A DNA stretch of 64,000 nt from Patescibacteria group bacterium (GCA_028714495.1 JAQTMH010000001.1:73721-137720); one strand, 5' to 3'. Numbered from the stretch's first letter, positions 1 to 9,005 are shown. Numbers and translations are program-made. Notes: a model not told the origin generated them from the letters alone.

Positions 1-3000
1 TTTTTGGTGTATATGAAACTAAATTATCACCCTCGCCATAAACCGGAATGGCTTCAATCTTGATGCCGTCCTTTTCATACTGCCAAGCCCATTTCTTCGC
101 GGCTTTTTTCGTGTAGCCCGAGCTGACTAAATAGCGATTAACTGATAATAAATCTTTTTCCCGGGTCATGAACGCAACCGTGCGCAGGGGTAACCAGAGC
201 TTGCCGTTCAGACCGTTGAGCAGCAGACGGTTGCCTGCCCAGATACGAATCCCCTGTTTTTCGAGATCAGCGTAAATCTTTTTGAACGCTTGAAAGTACG
301 CATGGTCCCTTTCCGTAGCGGCTATTTCCGGCTGGTGAAAATCCGGCGAGTCTATAAATAAGTCCCGATTGTTTTTCGGATCGCAGTAGCGCAGATAATA
401 CCAGCACGAGCCAGCCCACTGGGGCATGGTATTGGTTTCACGCTTAGCTGGGCTTCCGCATTTTGGGCATTTAACATTTACCCAGTTTTTAACCTTGGCT
501 AGGGGCGATTCGCCAGTGCCAGTGGGTTTGAAATCCTTGAGCTCTGGCAATTTAACTGGTAAGTCTTCTTCCGGAACTGGCACCACGCCGTCATTCTTTG
601 ATCTCAAAACCCACTCGAGCAATTCAGGAATACGTTCAGCGGTAAAATGAGAAAAACCGTTCCAGATTTCAAAATTCCAGCTTGCGGGTATTTCATTATG
701 GGTATAGAGCGGTATTGATTTATCGTCACGGGAAACGACTATTCGAATTTGATTGGCTAATTCCGTGATTTTATTTAAATCAATCGGCGCTTTCCAGAAT
801 TTTTGCAGAGCGTCAATATCGGCTTTAAGCCAATTAGCCTGCATTTTGGTCCAGTCCCGTTTTGACAGATCAGCGATGGCTGAAGCAACCAATAAAAGGT
901 GGCCGATTTTTTTTCCAGAATTATTCAATAAATGAAGCGCGGCCTTACTACCCAGACTGTGACCGATAATAATGTCATTTTCATTAAAATCTTTTACCAA
1001 AGGCCGAAGCTCTTTTAACCATTGGTTCAAATCCGGGTGAGCCGAGGTTGTCATTGTCGGCACTCTGACTTCAAAACCGCGCTTGATTAATTCATCCTTC
1101 ATCCAAGTCATCCAATTCATCGTACCGCTACCCTCAAAACCGTGGATTATCAAAACTTTCTGCTTTACGTTCTTACATTTTTCGCAATGAACAACCGGGA
1201 TCGGCTCACCCCAATACCTCTGCCGCGAAAACACCCAGTCGCGGAGTTTGTATTGGACCATTGGTCGTCCTAGGCTCTTTTTTGCTAATTCTGATGTAAT
1301 ATTTTTACCCGCCTCAACACTATCTAAACCATCAAATCTGCCAGACTGCATCAACTTGCCAATACCAGTGAAACAATCTGAGTTCGATTTGTAAGCCTCC
1401 CACATATATTTAAACGATGACAAATTGAGCCACTCAGCCATTTTATCAGCGTTTACCCAAACCAATTTGTGATTTTTAGCGTGTTCCGCGGCCACCGGTT
1501 CCTTCTCCTCATCAATCAGTTCAAATAGCATGCCCTGGCCGATCGCGTATCGGTTTTCATCTTTGTGTGCTGCAAAGAAATGATTATGCTGTTCCAGGCC
1601 TATACTTTTTACAAACTTTAAATGCTGATAGCCGGTTTCCTCGCGTATCTCGCGCAGGGCAGCGTCTTGATAGCTTTCTCCCTTATCAACCCCGCCGATA
1701 ATGCCAGAATGCCAGCCGTATTTTTCCCAATCCAGGCAGAGAAAGGAATTCTTATTTTTGTCAAAAACAAAGGCGTAGGCGGTTTTCCTGGTTACCGTTT
1801 TTTTGTCCGATTGCACCGCGTCTTTGTCACCCGGGTTATGCGTAAAATATGGAGCGATTACTTGTCGGATCGGTAATTGATATTTTTTAGCAAACTCCCA
1901 ATCCCGCTCATCATGCGCTGGCACCGCCATAATCGCGCCAGTGCCATAACCCGTCATCACATAATCCGCCACCCAAATTGGAATTTCTTCATTATTCGCC
2001 GGGTTTATCGCTTTTATGCCTTTTAATTCAACGCCGGTTTTTTCCTTGGCCAGATCAGTCCGCTCCAAATCAGATTTTTTCGCGGCGTTATTGGTATATT
2101 TCTTTACTTCTTCGAGATTCGAGATTCGAAATTCGAAATTTTTTATCAATGGGTGCTCCGGTGCTAACACCAAATATGTTGCCCCAAAAATCGTATCCGG
2201 CCGGGTGGTAAAAACAGTGATGGCCGATTGGTTGATTGGTTGATTTATTAATTTCCGTAGAGCGTCAGTAATCGGTTGGAGCTCTTTATACTCTTCAGCC
2301 TCGCTCTCGTCATAAGGGTATTTGCCGGTAGATTTAACCTGGTAAATCGACCTCAAGGGAAAATGCCAGTCAATTTTTTCATGAACTTTATTAGTAAGAA
2401 TAACCTCACGACGCGATTCGCTTACACGTTCGGTTCCATCCGGATCTATTAAAACAAAAACATCTTTCCAGTAGGCTTCGACGCCTTTAGTGTGTTTTTT
2501 TACAATTTTCAAATAAAAATCAAGAATAGCCAGGCCGATTTGATGTTGGTTTAACGATTTCTCGTCTTGGCCTTTTAACGCATTTCGTTTCACCTGCACC
2601 GGATCGATCATCTCGCCATCAATGAACAAACCGGTATCCGTGCCTAAAATCGGCAGACCGGTTTGGCCGAAATAGGCTTTGGCCTTGCGCCGGGCATTAT
2701 CAAAAAGATCCCCGCCCTCTTCCACCTCCATCGCTGGTAATCCCGCTTCGGTCGGCGTGACAACAACGATGTCAGGAGACACTTTCGTTAAAAGCTTCCG
2801 AATACGCGCGACCTTGCTTGGATTATTCGTTGCCAGTAATATTTTAATTTCTTCATCCTTAATTTTGAATTTTGAATTTTGAATTTTGAATTCTATTTCA
2901 GCGCCTTCTGATCGGCCAATCCAATTTTTCTGCAGAAGCCTAATCGACTCCGGCCAATCCAGCTTGTCTAAACCATTGAGCAAACGATCAGCATAGGCCG

Positions 3001-3616
3001 TGATTTTTAAAAGCCACTGTTTCAATTTCTTTTTCTCCACGGTCGTATCACAGCGCTCGCACCGGCCGTTGATCACCTCTTCGTTGGCTAAACCGGTTTT
3101 GCAGGAAGGACACCAATTGATCGGCACTTCAGCCTGGTAAGCCAAGCCGCGCTCGAACAGCTTCAGAAAAATCCACTGGGTCCATTTGTAATATTCCGGC
3201 TCCGAGGTAATCACCTCGCGTGACCAGTCATACATGAAGCCCAGGCTTTTTATCTGTTTCCGAAAACGCTCAATATTTTTCCGGGTGTAGTCGCGCGGAT
3301 GGATGCCCCGCTTGATTGCCGCGTTCTCCGCCGGCAAACCGAACGAATCAAAACCCATCGGATGCAAAACGTTTTTGCCCCGCATTTTTTCCCAGCGCGC
3401 GTAAATATCAGAAGCGGTATAACCCTCTGGGTGGCCAACGTGAAGACCGTCACCCGATGGATAGGGAAACATATCAAGAATATACGCCTTTTGCTTCTGG
3501 GCGCTTTCTTCCACCTGGCCGGCTCGCGTTTTCTCCCAAATCTTCTGCCATTTGGCTTCGACTTTGTTTGGGTGGTAGCCGCCCCTGGATTTTTGCTTTT
3601 TTACCCGCCTTGCCAT
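1..3616 (-). CDS. leuS: Leucine--tRNA ligase (3' end outside the window) with four inserted extra domains
   Basis: Manual translation from the ATG at 3616 stays open to the window edge: YILDMFPYPSGDGLHVGHPEGY (HIGH motif), WIGRSEG, FTTRPDTIFGATY, GYGTGAIMAVPAHDERD, LRDWVFSRQRYWGEPIP, RETNTMPQWAGSCWYYLRY. It is missing from the ORF track because it has no stop in the window. Confidence 0.97.
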   Translation of the reverse strand, partial: MARRVKKQKSRGGYHPNKVEAKWQKIWEKTRAGQVEESAQKQKAYILDMFPYPSGDGLHVGHPEGYTASDIYARWEKMRGKNVLHPMGFDSFGLPAENAAIKRGIHPRDYTRKNIERFRKQIKSLGFMYDWSREVITSEPEYYKWTQWIFLKLFERGLAYQAEVPINWCPSCKTGLANEEVINGRCERCDTTVEKKKLKQWLLKITAYADRLLNGLDKLDWPESIRLLQKNWIGRSEGAEIEFKIQNSKFKIKDEEIKILLATNNPSKVARIRKLLTKVSPDIVVVTPTEAGLPAMEVEEGGDLFDNARRKAKAYFGQTGLPILGTDTGLFIDGEMIDPVQVKRNALKGQDEKSLNQHQIGLAILDFYLKIVKKHTKGVEAYWKDVFVLIDPDGTERVSESRREVILTNKVHEKIDWHFPLRSIYQVKSTGKYPYDESEAEEYKELQPITDALRKLINQPINQSAITVFTTRPDTIFGATYLVLAPEHPLIKNFEFRISNLEEVKKYTNNAAKKSDLERTDLAKEKTGVELKGIKAINPANNEEIPIWVADYVMTGYGTGAIMAVPAHDERDWEFAKKYQLPIRQVIAPYFTHNPGDKDAVQSDKKTVTRKTAYAFVFDKNKNSFLCLDWEKYGWHSGIIGGVDKGESYQDAALREIREETGYQHLKFVKSIGLEQHNHFFAAHKDENRYAIGQGMLFELIDEEKEPVAAEHAKNHKLVWVNADKMAEWLNLSSFKYMWEAYKSNSDCFTGIGKLMQSGRFDGLDSVEAGKNITSELAKKSLGRPMVQYKLRDWVFSRQRYWGEPIPVVHCEKCKNVKQKVLIIHGFEGSGTMNWMTWMKDELIKRGFEVRVPTMTTSAHPDLNQWLKELRPLVKDFNENDIIIGHSLGSKAALHLLNNSGKKIGHLLLVASAIADLSKRDWTKMQANWLKADIDALQKFWKAPIDLNKITELANQIRIVVSRDDKSIPLYTHNEIPASWNFEIWNGFSHFTAERIPELLEWVLRSKNDGVVPVPEEDLPVKLPELKDFKPTGTGESPLAKVKNWVNVKCPKCGSPAKRETNTMPQWAGSCWYYLRYCDPKNNRDLFIDSPDFHQPEIAATERDHAYFQAFKKIYADLEKQGIRIWAGNRLLLNGLNGKLWLPLRTVAFMTREKDLLSVNRYLVSSGYTKKAAKKWAWQYEKDGIKIEAIPVYGEGDNLVSYTPK
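2111..2140. repeat. Heptamer tandem repeat (TTCGAGA/TTCGAAA x4) within leuS
   Basis: ttcgaga ttcgaga ttcgaaa ttcgaaa tt; encodes NFEFRISNLE. Confidence 0.85.
2861..2892. repeat. Heptamer tandem repeat (AATTTTG x4.5) within leuS
   Basis: aattttg x4 plus aatt; encodes EFKIQNSKFKI at the N-terminal border of the Ham1-like insertion. Confidence 0.9.
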
Positions 3617-3723
3617 AATCAAAAAGGATTATCTGACTTTCTTTAATAAATACCTCGTTTCAATGAAATAATACCATTTTTTGGCCCTTCCGACCAATAT
3701 TTTTATGCCCCCATATTCCCCTC

Positions 3724-3752
3724 TTGACATTACTCTCTGTCCATGATAAAGT
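3724..3752 (+). promoter_or_regulatory. Sigma70-type promoter for the LysM/M23 gene
   Basis: TTGACA-17 nt-TAAAGT with TG extension. Confidence 0.6.
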
Positions 3753-3938
3753 ACTTGTTGTACCAAAAGTTCTTTTTTTTAAAACCAAAATTCTTTGCTT
3801 AAATTAGCCAATAAAACAAAATACGGCTAAATATTAGCAGGAAAGCATATCAGCCTAGAGCTAAAAAAATTCAGCCTCATCTTTCTCCGCCACACCTTAA
3901 GCGGGGCTTCTTATTTATATAAGGGAATCGCCTGGTTA

Positions 3939-5192
3939 TTGGCTAGGATCCTGGCCCGGCCGACAAAAGCCTCGGCCAAATGGATCGTGTCAAAAGTGCT
4001 GTCGCGAATTTACCTGTTTATCTATTTTCCCATCAAACGCCGACTGGGCGATAAATTTGCGCTGGCTAAAAATAAAGTTTGGTACCCCTTTGCGACAAAA
4101 TACGTCATTCATTTCTTTATCGTCCTTTTAGCCACCGGCGTTATTTTCTACAGTATCAAAACTCGGGAAGCTTCGGCTGAAGAATTTACCACCGACAGTT
4201 TGATTACGAAATTTCTGGGTGAAGATTCATCTGATATTATTACTGAAACAGCCCAGAGCGCGCCAAAGAAATCTATCAGCTATGTTGACCAGCGCGGCAT
4301 GTTCGGCGGCCAAACCCTCTCCATAAATAGCCCGACCGAAGAAGAGACCGCGGAAGAAGAAGATCTGACTTTGGCGCAAGGCAGCGGTTCGATTTTGAAA
4401 CCAAATATCCCGACTACCCAAGTAGGCGACCGGGCCCGCGAGATCGTTGAATACTACGTCGTCGAGGGCGGCGATACGGTCAGCACGATTGCTGATAAAT
4501 TTGGCGTCTCCACCAACACTATCCTTTGGGAAAACCGTTTGGGCGAAAAGGACTACATAAAACCGGGCGACAAATTGACAATTCTGCCCATGTCCGGCGT
4601 TTCACATCAAGTCAAAAAGGGCGATACGATTAAAACTCTGGCCAAGAAATACAATGTCGATGAGCAAGAAATCATTGACTATAATAAACTGGCTTCGGCT
4701 GACGCGATTTCAGTAGATGAAATTCTCATTATTCCAGGCGGTCGCGCTCCGGAAATCGTCAAACCCACCTCTACCGGAACTGGCGTCGATAAATACTTCG
4801 GTGGCACGCCGCCGCCTCCAGCCCGCGTGGCTGCCTCGGAAAAAATGCTCTGGCCCACGGCCAGTAAAAAGATTAATCAATACTTTAAATACCGTCATTC
4901 CGGCCTCGATATTGATGGCAACACTGGTTCACCGATTTACGCGGCTGAGAGCGGCCGGGTGTCTAACGTCGGCTGGGGTTCGGGTTATGGACTGCACGTG
5001 ATCATCGACCATGGCGGAGGCAAAAAAACAGTATATGCCCACTTCAGCAAGGCTTACGTGACTGCTGGCCAACAAGTCAGCAAGGGTGACTCGATTGGTC
5101 TGATGGGCTGTACGGGCTGGTGCACCGGACCCCACCTTCACTTTGAAGTGATTATCAGCGGCAAAAAAGTAAACCCATTGTCATATCTGTAA
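3939..5192 (+). CDS. LysM x2 + M23 family peptidoglycan DD-endopeptidase
   Basis: N-terminal TM segment, two LysM repeats (YVVEGGDTVSTIA, HQVKKGDTIKTLA), M23 motifs HSGLD and TGPHLHFE. Start is uncertain; the frame is open from 3831. Confidence 0.92.
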   Translation: MARILARPTKASAKWIVSKVLSRIYLFIYFPIKRRLGDKFALAKNKVWYPFATKYVIHFFIVLLATGVIFYSIKTREASAEEFTTDSLITKFLGEDSSDIITETAQSAPKKSISYVDQRGMFGGQTLSINSPTEEETAEEEDLTLAQGSGSILKPNIPTTQVGDRAREIVEYYVVEGGDTVSTIADKFGVSTNTILWENRLGEKDYIKPGDKLTILPMSGVSHQVKKGDTIKTLAKKYNVDEQEIIDYNKLASADAISVDEILIIPGGRAPEIVKPTSTGTGVDKYFGGTPPPPARVAASEKMLWPTASKKINQYFKYRHSGLDIDGNTGSPIYAAESGRVSNVGWGSGYGLHVIIDHGGGKKTVYAHFSKAYVTAGQQVSKGDSIGLMGCTGWCTGPHLHFEVIISGKKVNPLSYL

Positions 5193-5267
5193 TAACAACG
5201 AGGATATAAATAATAAACAGGCGAGGCTTCCCCTCGTCTGTTTTGATAAAAAAAGCCCCCAACATCA

Positions 5268-5876
5268 TTAAGTTGTCGGGGGATACGGACGAGAGAAATC
5301 ACGGTAGACGTAATCATCCATGCTGAGGGGATCACCGCCATTGTGATTGGTGATGGCCAGAAGATTCAGGGCTGGAGAGCCTGTGGTTTGGAGAAAGTGC
5401 CATTGTTCAGGCAGCATCACAAAACTGCAGCCGGTAGTATCATCTACCCTATCCTCTTCCTCTTGGCCCCTGGCGCAAGCTCCAGCCAGATTGTAAAACT
5501 GTTCAGTCTTGCCCGTGTGATAGTGCCACGAGGTGCGGACCCACGGCCGAATCAGCTGAAGGAGCCACCCCAGCGTTCCATCCTCGCTCTGGGCCAGATA
5601 TACCGCTCCTGAACCAGCTGAACGTGCATGTCTCGATTCTTCGAAAACCGTGAAGCCCCTGAGCGCTAGGTGAACCCAGGCTTTACCGAATGGAACTTGG
5701 ATCAGTTGGAACCCGGGGAAACATTCCCCTAGCGGGTTCTGCTCGCTTGTACAAAGAACTGATACCAGCGTTGCCTGACGCAATCTCGAATCAACGAATG
5801 AGCGGAATCGCCCGAATCGCCCATCCGGAAAGAATGCGCAGACATCCTCATTGCCGAAAAGCTTGGGTTTATCCAC
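5268..5876 (-). CDS. Hypothetical protein with C-terminal cupin-like motif
   Basis: TSWHYHTGKTEQFY...PEQWH matches the cupin metal-binding pattern; AGGAGG SD upstream. Confidence 0.6.
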   Translation of the reverse strand: MDKPKLFGNEDVCAFFPDGRFGRFRSFVDSRLRQATLVSVLCTSEQNPLGECFPGFQLIQVPFGKAWVHLALRGFTVFEESRHARSAGSGAVYLAQSEDGTLGWLLQLIRPWVRTSWHYHTGKTEQFYNLAGACARGQEEEDRVDDTTGCSFVMLPEQWHFLQTTGSPALNLLAITNHNGGDPLSMDDYVYRDFSRPYPPTT

Positions 5877-6288
5877 GCCTTGCCTCCTTTTTCTTGGGCA
5901 TCCGGACGACAGATTGATTCAAAATGCATAAGAATGATAATAGCCTATCCGTAAATATCTGTAAAGATCCATGATTAATCATTCTTCAGCCAAAATATCA
6001 CTCTAGAAAAGTCGATCCTTGCGTTACTTCTTGAAGTATGATATTCTCGTCTTTAGTTGTTGATAATTGTTCGTCTCGCGCCCACCCCCGTCCCACCACA
6101 GAAGTGGGACTCGACCCGAGCCATATGACAGCTAAAAGGGAGGATGCAAGATGCGCAAAGTCGCTGCCTAAGGCCGTGCCTTACTTTTCCGGCTCCGAAA
6201 GTAATCGGTACGGCCAACTCGGAACATCACCAATCTAGGAGCTAATCTGATCGTTCCAAACCGCAAACCGACCACACAGGAGGTTCTC

Positions 6289-6375
6289 ATGCGGAGATTC
6301 CTCGGGCAGGCAATCGGGCATTCGCCGCCCGTATCCGCCATCGAGGTCGTCGACACGAGGAGCGCGACGAAGTAG
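6289..6375 (+). CDS. 28-aa small protein (MRRFLGQAIGHSPPVSAIEVVDTRSATK)
   Basis: AGGAGG SD 5 nt upstream; paralogous to 6550-6690. Confidence 0.5.
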   Translation: MRRFLGQAIGHSPPVSAIEVVDTRSATK

Positions 6376-6549
6376 CGCAGGCCGCTGACCAACCAAATGG
6401 AGGTTGCTTAATGCGCAAAGTCGCTGCCTAAGGCCGTGCCCGTGCTTTTCGGACTCCAAAAGCATCGGCATGGCTAGCTCGCCTTCCGAACCCACAGGAG
6501 TCAGGTGTTCATTCGATTCCGCAAAACAACCAACCCTATGGAGGTTCGC

Positions 6550-6690
6550 ATGCGGGAAACAACCAGTCGGGCACATCGGCATCCACCGCCGATGTTCGCC
6601 CTCGAGGTCGTCGACACGAGGAGCGCCAAGAAGAAGGCCACCAAGAAGAAGGCCGATGTCGCTTCCGGTCTGGAGAGCGGGCTCGTCTAG
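6550..6690 (+). CDS. 46-aa small basic protein (MRETTSRAHRHPPPMFALEVVDTRSAKKKATKKKADVASGLESGLV)
   Basis: GGAGG SD upstream; shares EVVDTRSA with 6289-6375. Confidence 0.5.
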   Translation: MRETTSRAHRHPPPMFALEVVDTRSAKKKATKKKADVASGLESGLV

Positions 6691-6736
6691 GTCTATCGCC
6701 GACCGAGGAGCATAACCAGTCTCTCTACGCGCGACA

Positions 6737-6786
6737 AGGCGTTTCGTACATTCACCACATGGTGTTTGCACGGAACGCCTATTTTA
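6737..6786 (+). terminator. Putative intrinsic terminator
   Basis: aggcgtttcgtaca...tgcacggaacgcct followed by a T-rich tract. Confidence 0.55.
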
Positions 6787-6842
6787 TTTGCCATCGAACC
6801 AACACGCGTGATGAGTGAAAGACTTTCTATTAGTAAATTCGC

Positions 6843-7047
6843 TGACGAAGCCTAGGGCAAATACCCGCCATAGGCCCCCTTGATTTACCTAGCTGTGGTA
6901 AGAATGAAAAATGAATGGAGTAGAAAAAACGAAAGCAAGCAGTAACCGGAGGCGGGTATGGTTTTATTTATCTTAGCCATGGTAAATACCCGCCGAGCCC
7001 CGGTCTCTGCGCCGGGGGAGGCGGAACCTATCGAAGCCAAGGGCAAA
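6843..7047. repeat. Cluster of dispersed REP-like repeats, also present at 62391-62716
   Basis: 6843-6861 is the exact reverse complement of 62496-62514; 6990-7025 is a near-exact reverse complement of 62630-62666. Confidence 0.85.
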
Positions 7048-7094
7048 TAAAAAACCCACGAAGCGATTCAGCCTCGTGGGGTTGAAATCAAAGA

Positions 7095-8738
7095 TCATTC
7101 AGGGGGTAGCATGGGCATATCGATTCTGTGCTTGCGCACATTGGCGATTGCCTCAGGTTCACCAGAGTCAGCGTGTCGGATCAGTCCGATAGCTGGGTCA
7201 TTGGTAAAGACCCGCATTGCCCTGTCGAGACACTCCTGCGTCGGCTCGATGACGAAGCACTGACCAGCGTGGATTGACTTGCCAATCCCGACTCCGCCGC
7301 CTTGATGCACGCTCACCCAGTCAGCTCCGCCAGCCGTGGCTAGAAGCGCGTTCAGAATCGGCCAATCGGCGATCGCGTCACTGCCGTCAAGCATCCCCTC
7401 GGTCTCACGGCTGGGCGAAGCCACTGAACCACAATCCAGATGATCCCGGCCGACCCAGATCGGCGCTGAAATGTCGCCCGCATGGATTGCCGCGAATATC
7501 TGCTCCACTGCCCGATATCGCTCACCCATGCCCAGCCAGCAAACTCGGGCTGGAAGTCCGCGCAGCCGACTGAAATCAATCTGCTTCTGGGCTTTCCGAA
7601 TCCAGTTCACCAGCCGCTCGTTATCCGGGAAAAGGCTGAGAATGATTTCATCCACGACTGCGATGTCGGCTGGATTGCCAGACAAGGCCGCCACCCGAAA
7701 CGGTCCCCGGCCCTGGCAGAACAGCGGCCGGACATAGAGCGGCACAAAACCCTGGAACTCAAAGGCGCAATCCAATCCCTCACCCTTAGCCCAGAGCCGC
7801 ATGCCATTGCCGTATTCAAAGGTCGTCGCGCCCTTCCGCATCAGAAGAACCATGACCTCCACGTGTCTGGTAATCGTCCGAAGAGACCGCCGCCTGTACT
7901 CAGCCTCATCTTCTTGGCGCAGACGGTTCAACTCTATAAATGACAACCCTTGAGGGCAGTAGCAGACGGGATCATGGGCTGAAGTCTGATCAGTCAAGAA
8001 ATTCGGTACCTGGTCATGATTCAGCAAATACTCAAGCAGATCAACAGCGTTGGCCTGAACTGCTATGGCGATTGCCAGGCCTTCGGCTTTGGCTTGGAAG
8101 GCGCGTTGAACTGCTTGAGGGATGTTACCAAACACCTCATCCACCCAGCCTTCTCGCCGGCAGCGTTGGATTCTGGCTGGATTGATCTCGGCAATCAGAA
8201 TGGTCGCGCCAGTCATCTTGCCAGCCGGCGCTTGTGCTCCACCCATACTGCCAAGACCACCTGAAACAATCAGCGTGCCTGAACCAGCCCCGGCCGCAGC
8301 GAATGTCTCAAAGGTCGCTTGCATGATTCCCTGCTGGTCAATGTAAGCCCAGCTTCCAGCAGTCATCTGGCCATACATGATGAGCTCCCGAGCCTCAAGC
8401 GGCCAGAATTCCGCATCCGTGCACCACTGCGGCACCAGCATGGAGTTGACGATCAGTACCCGGGGCGCCCCTTCAAATGTCCTGAGGATGCCAACCGGCT
8501 TGCCACTCTGCACCAGCAGTGTTTCATCGGGTTTCAGCCGACGCAGGGCCTCATCAATCTTCCAGAAACTTGGCCAGTTGCGCGCGGCCTTACCCCGACC
8601 GCCATAAATGATCAGCCTATCCGGATCTGCTCCCTGCACCACATTGTTGTAGAGCATTCGAAGTGCCCCCTCAATCCCCCAAGAGGCGCAGGTTCTTTCT
8701 GTGCCGGTTATCAGTTTGACCCGATCCGCTTCACCCAT
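7095..8738 (-). CDS. hutU: Urocanate hydratase
   Basis: IYGGRGKAARNW, MYGQMTAGSW, TDQTSAHDP, GRDHLDCGSVASP, DGSDAIADWP, HQGGGVGIG. Confidence 0.97.
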   Translation of the reverse strand: MGEADRVKLITGTERTCASWGIEGALRMLYNNVVQGADPDRLIIYGGRGKAARNWPSFWKIDEALRRLKPDETLLVQSGKPVGILRTFEGAPRVLIVNSMLVPQWCTDAEFWPLEARELIMYGQMTAGSWAYIDQQGIMQATFETFAAAGAGSGTLIVSGGLGSMGGAQAPAGKMTGATILIAEINPARIQRCRREGWVDEVFGNIPQAVQRAFQAKAEGLAIAIAVQANAVDLLEYLLNHDQVPNFLTDQTSAHDPVCYCPQGLSFIELNRLRQEDEAEYRRRSLRTITRHVEVMVLLMRKGATTFEYGNGMRLWAKGEGLDCAFEFQGFVPLYVRPLFCQGRGPFRVAALSGNPADIAVVDEIILSLFPDNERLVNWIRKAQKQIDFSRLRGLPARVCWLGMGERYRAVEQIFAAIHAGDISAPIWVGRDHLDCGSVASPSRETEGMLDGSDAIADWPILNALLATAGGADWVSVHQGGGVGIGKSIHAGQCFVIEPTQECLDRAMRVFTNDPAIGLIRHADSGEPEAIANVRKHRIDMPMLPPE

Positions 8739-8881
8739 GGCTCCTCCTTTGCTTTCTGATATGCCCTATGTCAAAGTGCCTCCCTACCTGAAAAAAATGA
8801 TACAACGGTAATAAACATTAAGCAACATTGTATATTTTGTCAAATGTTTTATCCAATAATTTTCTCGAAATCGGTCTTCTA

Positions 8882-8910
8882 TTGACATAATCAACTGCCT
8901 ATGATAAACT
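8882..8910 (+). promoter_or_regulatory. Sigma70 promoter of the RRM gene
   Basis: TTGACA-17-TAAACT. Confidence 0.7.
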
Positions 8911-9005
8911 GGTTTAGCTTATCTTTTTGGGATAATCTAATGGTAACATTAGAGGCTAAAGGTCTCCCTAAATAAGAGAGCACTCTAATTAAGTGAACAG
9001 TTACA

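Larger units (their letters stand above)
6139..6690 (+). repeat. Tandem ~260-bp duplicated unit encoding micro-ORFs
   Basis: Exact 30-nt repeat at 6151-6180 and 6411-6440; a shared TCGAGGTCGTCGACACGAGGAGCGC block occurs in both units. Confidence 0.85.

Noticed and set aside
426-3646. Numerous short plus-strand ORFs opposite leuS (and antisense ORFs over other genes)
   Set aside because: Antisense shadows of well-supported genes.
6105-6135. CCCGAGCC..GACAGCTAA resemblance to the 3' part of the c-di-AMP riboswitch
   Set aside because: The 5' conserved elements (GCTGAA, GGAAC, pseudoknot partners) are not evident.
6139-6690. Repeat region as a CRISPR array
   Set aside because: Only two 30-nt copies 260 nt apart with homologous intervening sequence; no cas genes. 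No CRISPR array was seen anywhere in the window.
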